The notes under the pieces are model-generated. The model saw nothing but the letters and a program-made list of their open reading frames with translations, did not search any database and was not told where the DNA came from. A DNA stretch of 64,000 bases from the human T2T-CHM13v2.0 reference genome, Homo sapiens: assembly GCF_009914755.1 (NCBI RefSeq), contig NC_060928.1. One strand, 5' to 3'. Shown piece by piece: positions 52,593 through 64,000 of this stretch; position 1 is the stretch's first letter; every line of letters begins with the position of its first letter. The position numbers and the translations under genes were made by a program.

Positions 52593-52739
52593 GACATGCA
52601 TACTGATATCAGTGTTCATGTTAGAATGACAATAACAGAAGTCACATTCAAAGAATGGTAAAGCTAGATAAAGAAAGGTTCTTGGATAACAACATTGCCT
52701 ATCTTTGACTATTTATTGAGCAAATTAAATCAATCAGGT

Positions 52740-53000
52740 TCTCAGTTATTTCCAGTGCTAACTTACATGGATCTAAGCGCTTTATTTGTTTGAATTCTAT
52801 TAACTCATGAATTTTCCTAACTACCATAACTTGGTAGGAGTTATTGTTTTCTCCATTTCACAAAGAAATTTAGGCTTAAATAATTACCTGACTGTATCAA
52901 AGTCTCGATCAAAGTCACATTTCTCATATGTATTAAGGCAAGGATTTGAGCCCACATGGTCTGATTCCAGAATCTTCATTCTAACCTACCATTATCCCAT
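52740..53000 (-). mobile_element. MIR
   Basis: ctccatttcacaaagaaatttaggct...aggatttgagcccacatggtctgattccaga. Confidence 0.7.
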
Positions 53001-54124
53001 GCTTCTATTTACAATAAAAATCTCAGGAAGAATACAGGAACAAGCAGAGATTAGGATCTTCTGTGAAACCAAACAAAGTAGTCTTAATTCCAAATTTCGT
53101 GAAGCTCATTAAAGCGTGTTTGCTTGTTTTGGTGTTTTGGATACACAAGATATTTATCTTAATGTATCCTGTATGTTTTCTTTAGCTGCAAAATAAGTGT
53201 ATAGATACTGAGCATTGTATTAAATGAGATAATATATGTAAGTTAGCTAAAATAGGACATGTCATGCTGCTTTCCAAAGTAACATAGTTCCAATGGAATT
53301 CTATTCAAATCTCAGTGAAATCTAATATTTTATGATAGATCAAAAAGCAAATGATTTTTAATCCATTAAAGCTTTGAAAGTCTCACAGATGCAGAGATTG
53401 CAATTCTGGCTTTGCTGTAGGGTAACTACTGGCCAAACGAAGGTACTTTGAATCCCCAGCTTATCCTCCAAATTTAACTTTAAATTAAAGATCTACCATA
53501 TTAGCCTTGAATTAGTGTTAGCAAAATAAAGTCCCAATGAATAGAATCCTATCCAAAAGAATCTGATTATTTTTTAGTTGTCTCTGTGCCAGTTTAGAAC
53601 ATGAGGAAATGACTTCAGCTGTGTTAAAGTAGACAGAGATGCAATTAGCAACAGCAATATTTTAGAGCCATTGACTCTATCCAGTATGTCAAACACTGGA
53701 AAATCATTTGCTTGGTGTGGGTTGGTTGAGAGCAATTAAAAATCAAGTAATTTTTCAGTGGTGCATGTGGGGTGTTTTTGTTGTTGTTCTTTTGAGTAGT
53801 AGTCAGCCATTTTAAAATCTCTTCAGCATGTTGAAATGCTAGACCAATTTACCATTTTATGACACTCGTGGGCTTCTACAATTAAGTTAAGGTCCCTGAA
53901 CAAACTCTGACAAGATTATAGTATTTCCACTTGCCCTAGTTTTCCCTTACAGATTTTTTTCACTGACAATGCACATACTGCAAAGAAATCATCAATAGGT
54001 AATCAGTTTCAGGTTGACTTTCTGGACTAACATAAAACTACACCAAATCAATTATAATCTTAAAGGCCTATGGATAAGTTATTATTTCTCCAGTTAGGTA
54101 GTTTATAATTATTTATATTTGATT

Positions 54125-54208
54125 ACCTTAAGAGCAAAATGTAATATAAAACACTAAGCAAATCATCTTCAAATTAAAGCAAAATAGTCAATATAGTAAT
54201 TCAGTAAT
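54125..54208 (+). repeat. 84-bp duplicated segment, copy 1
   Basis: Matches 55945-56028 at 82 of 84 positions by manual comparison. Confidence 0.95.
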
Positions 54209-54726
54209 ACCATGTTATGGCTCCTAATGGCTTATACAATTTTTGGTAATATGTTTACCACATAACAGCAAAGCCATGCAAATAGCAGTCATTTTTAAAA
54301 GGTATTTTCCAAGGAAATCAGCAATGAAGTCTACCATTTAACAAGCAGATGTTCAGAGCTCTGCTATCTATTACGTTAATAACCCCAACTGCAAAGCTTG
54401 ATTTGCAAGTGGAATGCTTCTTACACCTGGTTGTCCCTTTTCCCTACAGAACTATCTTAAAAGCATTTTCCACATGGAAAGAATGTAAGGTAGCATATGG
54501 CTTTTTGAATCTCAATTACTTATAATTATGTTATTTTTAAAAAATCAAGATTATTGACTCTAAAATCAATAATTAAAGGCTACAAACATTGCAAGCAGTT
54601 AATATACAAAACTTAATTATTTTTAGGAGACTTCAAGTTAAGAAATATTGCATATGTACCAAACATCAATAGATTAGAAGTTTTAGCTATATGATGCATT
54701 TCTCCTAGGAAATCTTAAGTGGGGAT

Positions 54727-55195
54727 TGTTAAAGAAAACTGGAATCTGACAGTAGTTAAAGTGGTAAAGACGGATTTTATTCGGAAATTACTGTAATAGA
54801 AGAAAATAGACCAGCACAGAGTTGGGCTACATTTCAAATACAGCATGCACAGGTGGGGATTTATAGCCAAAGAAGCGTGTTGGGGGTTGGTGTATAGAAA
54901 ATTACTAACAGGAAACATCAGGCATAAGAAGACAACGGGTATGGGTAGAGGAGTTGCAGTGAACCTCCCTTGACTGCAGTCTTGCTGAAGGCAGATCAGG
55001 ATGATGAGGTACCAAGGATGGGGGATGAAGATCAGGTCTTAAGGGTGCAGAATATTCACTAAACTAATTTTGCAGATTTTTCTCTAAAATTGAGCATTGC
55101 AAACATAGGCAAGGAAGTCCAAGGGTTGAGGCCTAGTTGATAAGAGGATTCAGAGGAGCCTGACAAAAGTTTGGTCAAAGACAGATTCTTTGTCA
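54727..55195 (-). mobile_element. MER31-type solo LTR (ERV1)
   Basis: Ends cagaggagcctgacaaaagtttggtcaaagacagattctttgtca, the reverse complement of the MER31 start. Confidence 0.85.
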
Positions 55196-55944
55196 AAACC
55201 CAATATATAAAATAGATAAAAATATAGCTGTTTGAGTCAAAGCATAGGGACTAGTGATTAAACCATCTATTTTAGTTCCTATTCCTCTCTGGCAGGCTTT
55301 AAGATCTCTGACCAGAAATTCCAGATGTCTGTGTGTACAAGAAGTTTTGACATTTATTAATACTGCTGATTTGAAGTAACTCTTATTTTCAAATTATCTC
55401 TTCAGTTCTTACTGTATTGACTTGAAATTACTTAGGCTCTAGAAGCTCCAATTTTCTCAGCTGTGAAATGCAAATATTGTAGCTTACCACATGGGGTTTA
55501 TAACATGATTAAATCAAATAATTCATCAAAATATCTGATAATATAACAGTTTAGATTGCTGGATTTTTATTAACATAATGACTTAAATATTAAGTCAGGA
55601 ATTTACTGTAAATATGGGGACAGACATTACTCTATAAAATGGTTATTTCAAATACTTTTTCCAATAAGTTTGAATACATATTTGAATTAAAAAGTAAATT
55701 TGAGGAATGAAGAGAAAAATGGATACAGTTAGTTTTATCAAACACTAATAATCACTGAACTAAGTGTAATGGATGGAAAAGAGGCAGCATTAAAAACAAT
55801 GCTTGTGGATAGGACCTTATACCATTGCTAGAGCCAGTGTGTTTATTACAAACTGTTTTCCTAATATAGATTTAAAATGGACTGTGCTTTCAAAGAGTTT
55901 ATCCTCAAATGGGGAAACATTTTAAAAGACACAATGTCAGTTTA

Positions 55945-56028
55945 ACCTCAAGAGCAAAATGTAATATAAAACACTTAGCAAATCATCTTCAAATTAAAGC
56001 AAAATAGTCAATATAGTAATTCAGTAAT
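55945..56028 (+). repeat. 84-bp duplicated segment, copy 2
   Basis: Matches 54125-54208; offset 1820 bp. Confidence 0.95.
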
Positions 56029-57219
56029 TCAGCAAGATAGAAAGTAATACAGTGTTAAAACATTTCGTAAGTACTTCCGTGGAGGAATTTTATAAAAGGT
56101 AATCAAATAATTTGTTAAAATACTGAATGAGATATCACTAGAGTCAAATTCTAAAGATTGAGTATGTCAATCAGGGTTCTTATGCAAAGAATGTAATCCT
56201 CTCTAGATTGTTCAAAAAGAAAGAGATTCATAATGAACCATTAAATGAAATTTAATCATAAACACAGCTGATGAAATGGACTCTAATCTGTGCTTCCAGA
56301 AAAATTTTCTAAAACATTACAGAACTGGGTTGCCAATGAAGTTGCTACACTGACATTATCAGGAAGCCACCTGTGGATCTGAGTAATTATCACTACAGAT
56401 ATTTACCCTAGAGCCATTTTTTTTTCTGCTCTAATCTGTAAGCTGCCTGAATTAGGAAGCTGATAATGCCTTTATATTATATTAAAAAATTCACGTTTCA
56501 TAATTTGCTGCTCTTGTTCTCTCTGGTTGATTCTGTTCTAAACTCAAGATTTACATGACTACTAGATATATGAAAGTCAAAGGAAGTAGGAAAACATCAT
56601 TTTAACTTTCTAGCTTCTGTAACTCAAGAAGGCATATTAGAGGGAAGTTGCAATATATGTTAAGAAAATACATACACAGTATGAATTACCCATGAGAAAT
56701 AGGAAGGGGGAAGTAACAGGGTGAAGGAATACCAAAGGTATTAGGATATGAACTAGCATGTAGAAAATATAAGTATTAATATTATGACATTAAGTTCAAT
56801 AGAGGAACTGAAAACTAGAAAAATGGAATAGGTAGGTAGAGGCTACATTAAAGGGTCTGTATTACAAAATCAAAGTGTTTTTCTCCATGAAGAATGAGAA
56901 TATTCTCATTAAGAATATATGGCATACAAAAGATACTATGTGTCCTGTGTCCTGCATACATGGCCTGTAATTGGAAAAACATTATTTCCCCTTTCATCCA
57001 ATTCACTTTCACATACTATTTTCTTAATGATATTTTCTACTTATAATTGATACAGCTGAGTGTAAGTTATTAAAATATAAAATGGGATTCGGTTTTTAAG
57101 AAAAAGTCAACTTTAGAGTTTACACACCTTTATGGATTCCTGCTTTCATTTTATATTTAATCTCTGAGGATTTTAAGCTTTTTTTGCAGATAGGGCGAAG
57201 TGCTATTTACCGAAACACT

Positions 57220-57268
57220 TTTAGAAAATATCATGGGTAGAGTTTAGAAAATATCATCAGTAGAGTTT
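57220..57268 (+). repeat. 23-bp tandem duplication
   Basis: tttagaaaatatcat(gg/ca)gtagag twice. Confidence 0.85.
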
Positions 57269-57624
57269 TCAGAACATATTTATAGGAAAATGAAAATACA
57301 ATTGAATAAAAAAGACTATAAAAATGAACAAAGAGTTGTGAAAAGGAGATGAATCAAACTTTTATAAAGAAAGAACATATTAATTAAAATAAAACATTTT
57401 ACTTCCAGGTAGCAAGCAATGGTAGACTATTGCTCTCAGTGCAAATTAGAAAACATAGACATATTACAAAATAATATTTTGAAGACATCATAAATTTGGA
57501 GAAGCCACAAAGACGAGATGAATTCAAATTTTGGAGAAGAAAGAGATCTTCTGAGATTAGCCAATGATTCCTAGCTATTTTCTTCCCTGAGACATTTTTT
57601 GATGTTGGGTTCAAATTAAAGATT

Positions 57625-58130
57625 GAGGTTGACAGCCACTGAGATGACTTCCAACCATCCCTACCACCTGTATGTATGCCTTTTTGTAATTACCTACCCT
57701 GAGAGTAGGCTGGATTTACTGACTTACTTCTATAAAATAGAACATGACAGAGATATGATTTTGTTTTTGTGATTAGGATTTAAAGAGTTGTTTCTGGTTC
57801 AGGTCCTTGATTACTCATCATTCAGAAAATAAGTTGCTATGTTATGAGGTACTCTTGCGGAAAGGTTTATATAGTGAGAGGCCAAGACTTGTTAACAACC
57901 ATGTAATAAGCTTGGGAGTGGATTCCCTGCCACAGTCAACTCTTCAGATGAGACTACTGCCACAGTTGTATTAATGTTTCACTAAAAAATTATGAAAGAC
58001 CTTGAGACAGAGTCATCCAACTAAGTGACGCTAGATATCTGACTCACACAATTATGAGATAATATATCTTAATATATTAAGCTGCTAAATTCTAAAGTAA
58101 TTTGTTACATAGCAATAGATAACTACCCCA
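57625..58130 (+). mobile_element. MLT1E/F-type solo LTR
   Basis: aacaaccatgtaataagcttgggagtggattc...cttcagatgagact...gtaatttgttacatagcaatagataac. Confidence 0.8.
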
Positions 58131-58900
58131 AGGCTCAATTCATTAAAAGAACAACAGCCCTGAAGGTGTATACAACTTATAAGAGCGTCTCAAAATAAAT
58201 GAAGTAAATGTTATGGAACTAAAAGAAAAATAGACAAAGTGACAATTATTATATAAGATTTCAATAGCTCTCTCTCAATAGTAGACAGAATAACTATTTA
58301 GAAAATTAGTAATAATACATAAGATTTGACCTACGTGACCTAATTGACATTTATAGAGCAATCCACTCCAAAATAGCAGAATGCGCATTTGTATAAAGTG
58401 AAAATAGAATATTTAATAAGATATATCATATCCTTTGTCATAAAATAATTCTTAATAATTCAAAACATACAAAAATATTTTATGCCCCAAATATAATTAA
58501 ATTAACAAAATCAAAGTGTTTTGCTCCATGGAGTTCTAAATATTGAGACTTTTTAAAGCTTTTAGTTTAAAAAGTCTCAATATTTAGAAGCTAGAAAATA
58601 CACTTTTAAGTAACTGATAGTTTAAAGAAAACATTAAGAGGAAAATTAACAAGTATTTGGAAGTAAGTGAAAATGAAAACACAAATGAAAATTTGTGCAA
58701 TCTATCTAGAACATTTCATAGAGGGAAATTTAAGCATTAAATGCAAATAGAAGAAAAACGTCAGAAATAATTATCTGAATTTACCTATTAGAAATTTAGA
58801 AAACAAAGAACAAATTATACATATGTAAGCAGAGGAAAAGTCATAATAAACATTAAAACAAAACTCAAGAAATATAAGCAAAATGTATTGATAGAACATA
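58131..58900 (+). mobile_element. Old L1M ORF2 (endonuclease-proximal) fragment
   Basis: gacctaattgacatttatagagcaatccactccaaaatagcagaat. Confidence 0.75.
58534..58589. repeat. Perfect 24-bp inverted repeat with 8-nt loop
   Basis: ttctaaatattgagactttttaaa / gcttttag / tttaaaaagtctcaatatttagaa. Confidence 0.95.
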
Positions 58901-59019
58901 CATAAAATATTATTGCATTATGCAACTATTTGAGAATATCCATTCTTTTCCAGCTCTCTGAGAGCTTCCTGAAGATGGGATTTGTAACATCTAGCATGTC
59001 TTACCAAATTTCAAGACTG

Positions 59020-62000
59020 CAAGGAGCACAGCAAGATGGCAGAATCCAGCAAAGGTCTCCACACAGAAATATCAATGTGAACAACTCTTTATGCATGAAA
59101 ACACCTTCACAAAGAAAATCAGGTGAAACGCCACAGTACTTGGTTATAATACAGTTATAAGAAAATATGTTTTAAAGGACAGTTTTACATTACCCACACC
59201 ACACTTCCCCAAACCCCAGGCAGCACAGTCTAGAGAGATACGCCATGCACTTGGGGAAACAGAGTGAAGTAAGCATAGGACTTTGCCTTGGACCTCAACA
59301 TTGGGCCCACCACAATAAAACTCACCACTGAGAAGAACCCCATAACCCCATATTCCAGGTTGTTACCCATGACCTGAATCACTAGATATTCCCCAACACA
59401 AGGCAGAACCACACAGACCCAGGCTTCAGACTTGCATGGCAAAATCAATTTCTGGCATATAATGCCTTCAAGCTAACATCAGAATCTGAGCTCTGGATAG
59501 CTCTCAAGACTAGATAAGCCTTAGCAGACCTTGAATTCAGGTGAGCTCCAGTACCATGCCAGCTGTAATATCCCCCAGCTTATGGTCTGCTCCAGCATCA
59601 TGTGTGCTGTAGCAGGTCCCAGACTTCTGGCAGTACCACGTCAGTCACATCTGCTCTGGACTTCTGCCTGCCTTTTGCTACACCTATCACAAGAATTTTC
59701 CAGATAAAGCCAGTCTGGAAATATTGAAATAAGTGCCTGCTGCTTCAAATAAGCAGTCATCAATGCACAACCACGTGGTCAAGAACAATTAGGAAAACAT
59801 GACATAACCAAATGAACAAAATAAGGTGTCAGAGACTCTAATCCTAAATAAATTGAGACGTAAAAAGTGCCAGACAAAGAATTCAAAATAACTGTTTTAA
59901 GGAAGCTCAGGGAATTTTAAAGAAATACAGATAAGCGATTCAAATAAATGAACCAATAAGTGAGCAGAACAAAAATATTTAATATAGGGATTAAAATATA
60001 TTTAAAAATTAAGGAGAAATAATGAAAAAATACACAAACAAAATTTTAAAAAATTCAATAGAGATCATGAATAGCAGAACTGATTAAGCAGAAGAATCTA
60101 AATTTGAAGACAGATTATTTAAAAATGTACATTCAGGGAAAAAAGGAGAAAATGAATGAAGAAAGCTTGCTGGATGCATGTGATAACATCAGAAAAGCAA
60201 ATATTTGAGTCATGGGAATTAAGCAATATACTGAATGGGAAAAAATACTCACAAATATGCATCCAATATAGGCCTAATATTGAGAATCTATAAGAAATCT
60301 AAACAATTCAACAAGCAAAAAATAAACTACCACATTAATAAATGGGCAAAAGACATGTACAGACACTTGTCAAAAGAAGACATACAAGCAGCCAACAAAC
60401 TTATGGAAAACTTCTTAACATCACTAGTCATCAGAAAAACGCAAATCAAAACCACAGTAAGATACCATCTCACACTAGATGAAATGGCTATTATTAAAAT
60501 GTCAAAAAACAACCGATCTTGGTGAGACTGTAGAGAAAATGAAACACTTATACATTGTTGGTGGGAATGTAAATTAGTTCAGCCACTGTGGGAAGCAGTT
60601 TGGAGATTTCTCAAAGAACTTAAAACAGAACTACCATTTGACCCAGTAATCCCATTACTGGGTATATATCAGAAAGAAAACAAATTATTCTAGCAAAAAG
60701 ACACATGCACTTGAATGCTCATCACAGCGCTATTCATAATAGCAAAGACGTGGAATCAACTAGATGCCCATCAAGAGTGGACTGGATAAAGAAAATTATA
60801 TACATATATATATAGTGCATATATATATATAGTGCATATATATATATACATATATATAATGGAATACTATAAAGCCATAAATTAGGGAAATTCATTTCTT
60901 TATAGCAACATGAATGCAGCTGGAGGTCATTATCCTAAGTGAATTAATGCAGAAACAGAAAGACAATTATCATGTGTTCTCACTTACAAGTGTGAGCCAA
61001 ACACTGGGTAGTCATGGACATAAAGATGACAAAAATAGACACTGGGAACTAATTGATGGGGGAGGGAGGGAGGCATGTAAGGGATGAAAAATTAACCTAC
61101 TTTGGTGATGGGATTGTTCATACCTCTAACCTCAGCATCCCACAATACCCAGGTAACAAACCTGCACATGTACCCCCTGAATCTAAAATGACAGTTGATT
61201 AAAAAAAAAACAAAGAAAAAATCTCTTGGCATATTTAAGACAATAATGATAGTTACAGTAATTTATTAAGACATGTGCAATGATCCAAAGATGTAAATTG
61301 TGACATCAAAAATTCAAAATATGAAGGTAAAATTGAGTAAAAAATATAGAGAATTTTTATTTTTGCAATCAAAGTTAAGTGATGAAAGAAACTGAACAAA
61401 ACACAAGCGAATGGAAAGATATCTTGTGTTTGTCAATTGGAAAAATGAGTATTATTATAATGTCCACACTACTCAAAGCAATCTAAAGAGTCAATGCAAT
61501 CTCTTTCAAAATACCAGTGACATTATTCACACAAATAGAGAAAGAGCGATCATAAATTCATATAGAACTACACAAATATCAGAAAGCCAAAGCAATCTTT
61601 GGCAAAAACAAAGAAACCTGGAAACATCACACTACCTGACTTCAAAATATACTATAAAGCTAGAGTAATCTAACAGCATGGTACTGGCAAAAACCAGATA
61701 CATAGACCAATGGAACAGAACACAGAGCCCAGAAATAAAGCATGCATTTACAAGCCAACTGATTTTCGACAAAGGCAACAGGAACATATGATGGGAGAAA
61801 CTACAGTCTTTTCAATAAACCGTGTTGAGAAAACTGAATATCCACATATAAGAGTGAAATTAGACCGTTATCTCACACCCTATAAAAGAATCAGCTCAAA
61901 ATGGATTAAGGGCTTAAATATAAGACATAAAACTATGAAACTCCTAGAAGAAAACATAGGGGAAAAGCCCCATGACATTAGCCTGGCCAATGGGTTTTTT

Positions 62001-63231
62001 TGATATGACTCCAAAATCACAGGCAACGAAAGGAAAACTAGATATCTGGGATTACATCAAACTGAAAAATCTTCTGCATAGCAAAGTAAACGATTGACAG
62101 AGTGAAGAGCCAACCTACAGAATGGGAGAAAATATTTGCAAACAATACACACAATAAGGAGCTAATATTTAAAATAGATAAGAAACTCAAATAACCCAAA
62201 TAGAAAAAAAAACCACACAAATAAAATCTGATTACAAATAAGCAAAGGGCCTTAATAGACATTTCTCAAAAGAAGACATACAAATGAGCAACAGGTATAC
62301 TAAAAAGTGTTCGACATCACTAATTATCAGGGAAAATTCAATTAAAACCACAATGAAACATCATCTCATACCTACTAGAATGGTCGTTATGAAAAACACA
62401 AAAGATAACAAGTGTCGGTGGGGATGTGGACAAAAGAGAACTCTTGTGCACTGTTGGGGATGTAAATTAGTACAGCCATTATGGAAAACGGTATGCAAGT
62501 TTCTCAAAAACTTAAGAATAGAACTACCATGTGATCCAGCAATCCCTCTGCAGGGTGTATATACAAAGGAAATAAAATAAGTATGTTGAAGACATATCTG
62601 CACTCAAAAGTTCATCGTATCATTTTTCACATTGGCCAAGATACAGAATCAACCTAAGCATTCCTCAAAGATGAATAGTTAAAGAAAATGCGGTATATAT
62701 ACACAATGGAATACGGTTCAGCCACAAAAAAGAGGGAAATTCCATCACATGCAACAACATGGAAGAACCTAGAAGACATTCTGTTAAATGAAAGAAGTCA
62801 GGCACAGAAGGACAAATACCACGTAATCTCACTCATATGTGGAAGCTGAAATTGTCATAACATACAAGTAGAGAGTGGAATGATGGTAATCAGGGGCCGG
62901 GTAGTTGGAGAGGGGGATTGGGGAGATGTTGGTTAAACAATAAAAATTTTCATTTAGATAGGAAAAATAAATTCAAGAGATCAGCTATACAGCATGGTGA
63001 CTACAATTAATAATATATTGTATTCTTGAAATATGCTGATAGTGGATATGAAGTGTTCTCACTAAAAAAAAACTATGTGATATAATGCAGATGTTAATTA
63101 GGTAGATTTAGTTATTCCACAATGTACGTATATTTCAAAATATCATTTTGTGCAGGGTAAACAAATAATTTTATCTGTACATATAAAATATAAAAATATT
63201 ATTTGTATTAAAAAGTAAATGAAATAAAACT
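59020..63231 (+). mobile_element. L1MA-type element retaining 5' and 3' ends, internally deleted
   Basis: 5' gcaagatggcagaat, ORF1-like 59790-60220, ORF2 C-terminal 61380-62800, L1MA 3'UTR; TSD aaatttca(a/t)gactg (59006-59019 and 63232-63245). Confidence 0.8.
60228..61215 (+). mobile_element. Nested L1PA15/16-like 3' fragment containing a (TA)n tract
   Basis: ORF2 C-terminal WAKDMYRHLSKEDIQAANK; ends aaacctgcacatgtaccccctgaatctaaaat plus A tail. Confidence 0.85.
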
Positions 63232-63249
63232 AAATTTCATGACTGTCAG

Positions 63250-64000
63250 ACAATGTTAAATGACAACAGCATAATTAGGCTGATTTAATAATAAAAGACA
63301 GTAAAACATATTTTGACTATTATACAAAATAAAATAGGAAATAAGTTATTGAACTTAAACCAATTAATCATTATTAAAATCATAATGAAAATTAGAACAT
63401 ATTTAGAGCTGTCAATAGAAAAAGCACCCTACATCAATACTTGTCAGATGCAGGTAAGGTAATGTTAAAAGGAATTACATGGGATTACTATTTTAAAAAA
63501 GCTGAAAAGTAATGAATAAACCCTGGGAAAACAAAAGAAAAAAGTGTAGAAATTAATAAATTATAAACATTTATAATTAGAATCATATTAGCCAAAGTTA
63601 TTCCTGAATGTAAAATTAAATAATCTGAATGATCCTCTGGCAGGGTTCATTAAAGGAAAATATGTAATGGTTCAAATAAGCTCCATATGGAATGAAAAAA
63701 GTGCGTAATGCCAGATGCTGCAGAGATAAACATAAGGAAATTTTACTAACCTGATGTCAGTGCACTTTGAAACTTAGAGGAAATAGACAATTCCATTAAC
63801 AAAATTAACTGAGGAAGAAATATGAAACCTGAAGGAGATAACAATTAGAGTAATTGAATCAGTAGTTTAGAAATCTTTCCACAAATAAAAAATCACCCAC
63901 AAATAATTTTACCAGTGTGTTCCAAAAACACTGTAAAAATAAATAATGATATCATACAAATTGTCAAGACTAAAAAGTGCACAATTACCAGCTTATTTTA
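63250..64000 (+). mobile_element. Degraded L1M ORF2 fragment
   Basis: tttgaaacttagaggaaatagacaattcc...aattgaatcagtagtttagaaatcttt. Confidence 0.65.

Noticed and set aside
60235-62603. L1 ORF2-like peptides
   Set aside because: Fragmented by stops and frameshifts; not a functional L1.

Overview
Primate, most likely human, non-coding DNA (intergenic or deep intronic). It is AT-rich and built largely from layered transposable elements. There is no credible protein-coding exon, RNA gene or CRISPR array, and the longer ORFs in the track trace to Alu, L1, LTR or microsatellite sequence. Elements recognised: six Alus; many L1 fragments, including a TSD-flanked L1MA-type element; a complete THE1 MaLR provirus; an old two-LTR endogenous retrovirus with a frameshifted env transmembrane remnant; solo LTRs (LTR7B, MER52A, THE1C, MSTB, MLT1/2, MER31, MER34-like); and the DNA transposons MADE1 and MER58A. 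The most unusual signal is four short local copy-paste duplications with partners 0.9-1.8 kb away. Two carry adjacent fold-back segments and one is flanked by a 17-bp direct repeat, consistent with templated-insertion repair scars. Subfamily names come from recalled consensus sequences, and boundaries of old repeats are approximate.
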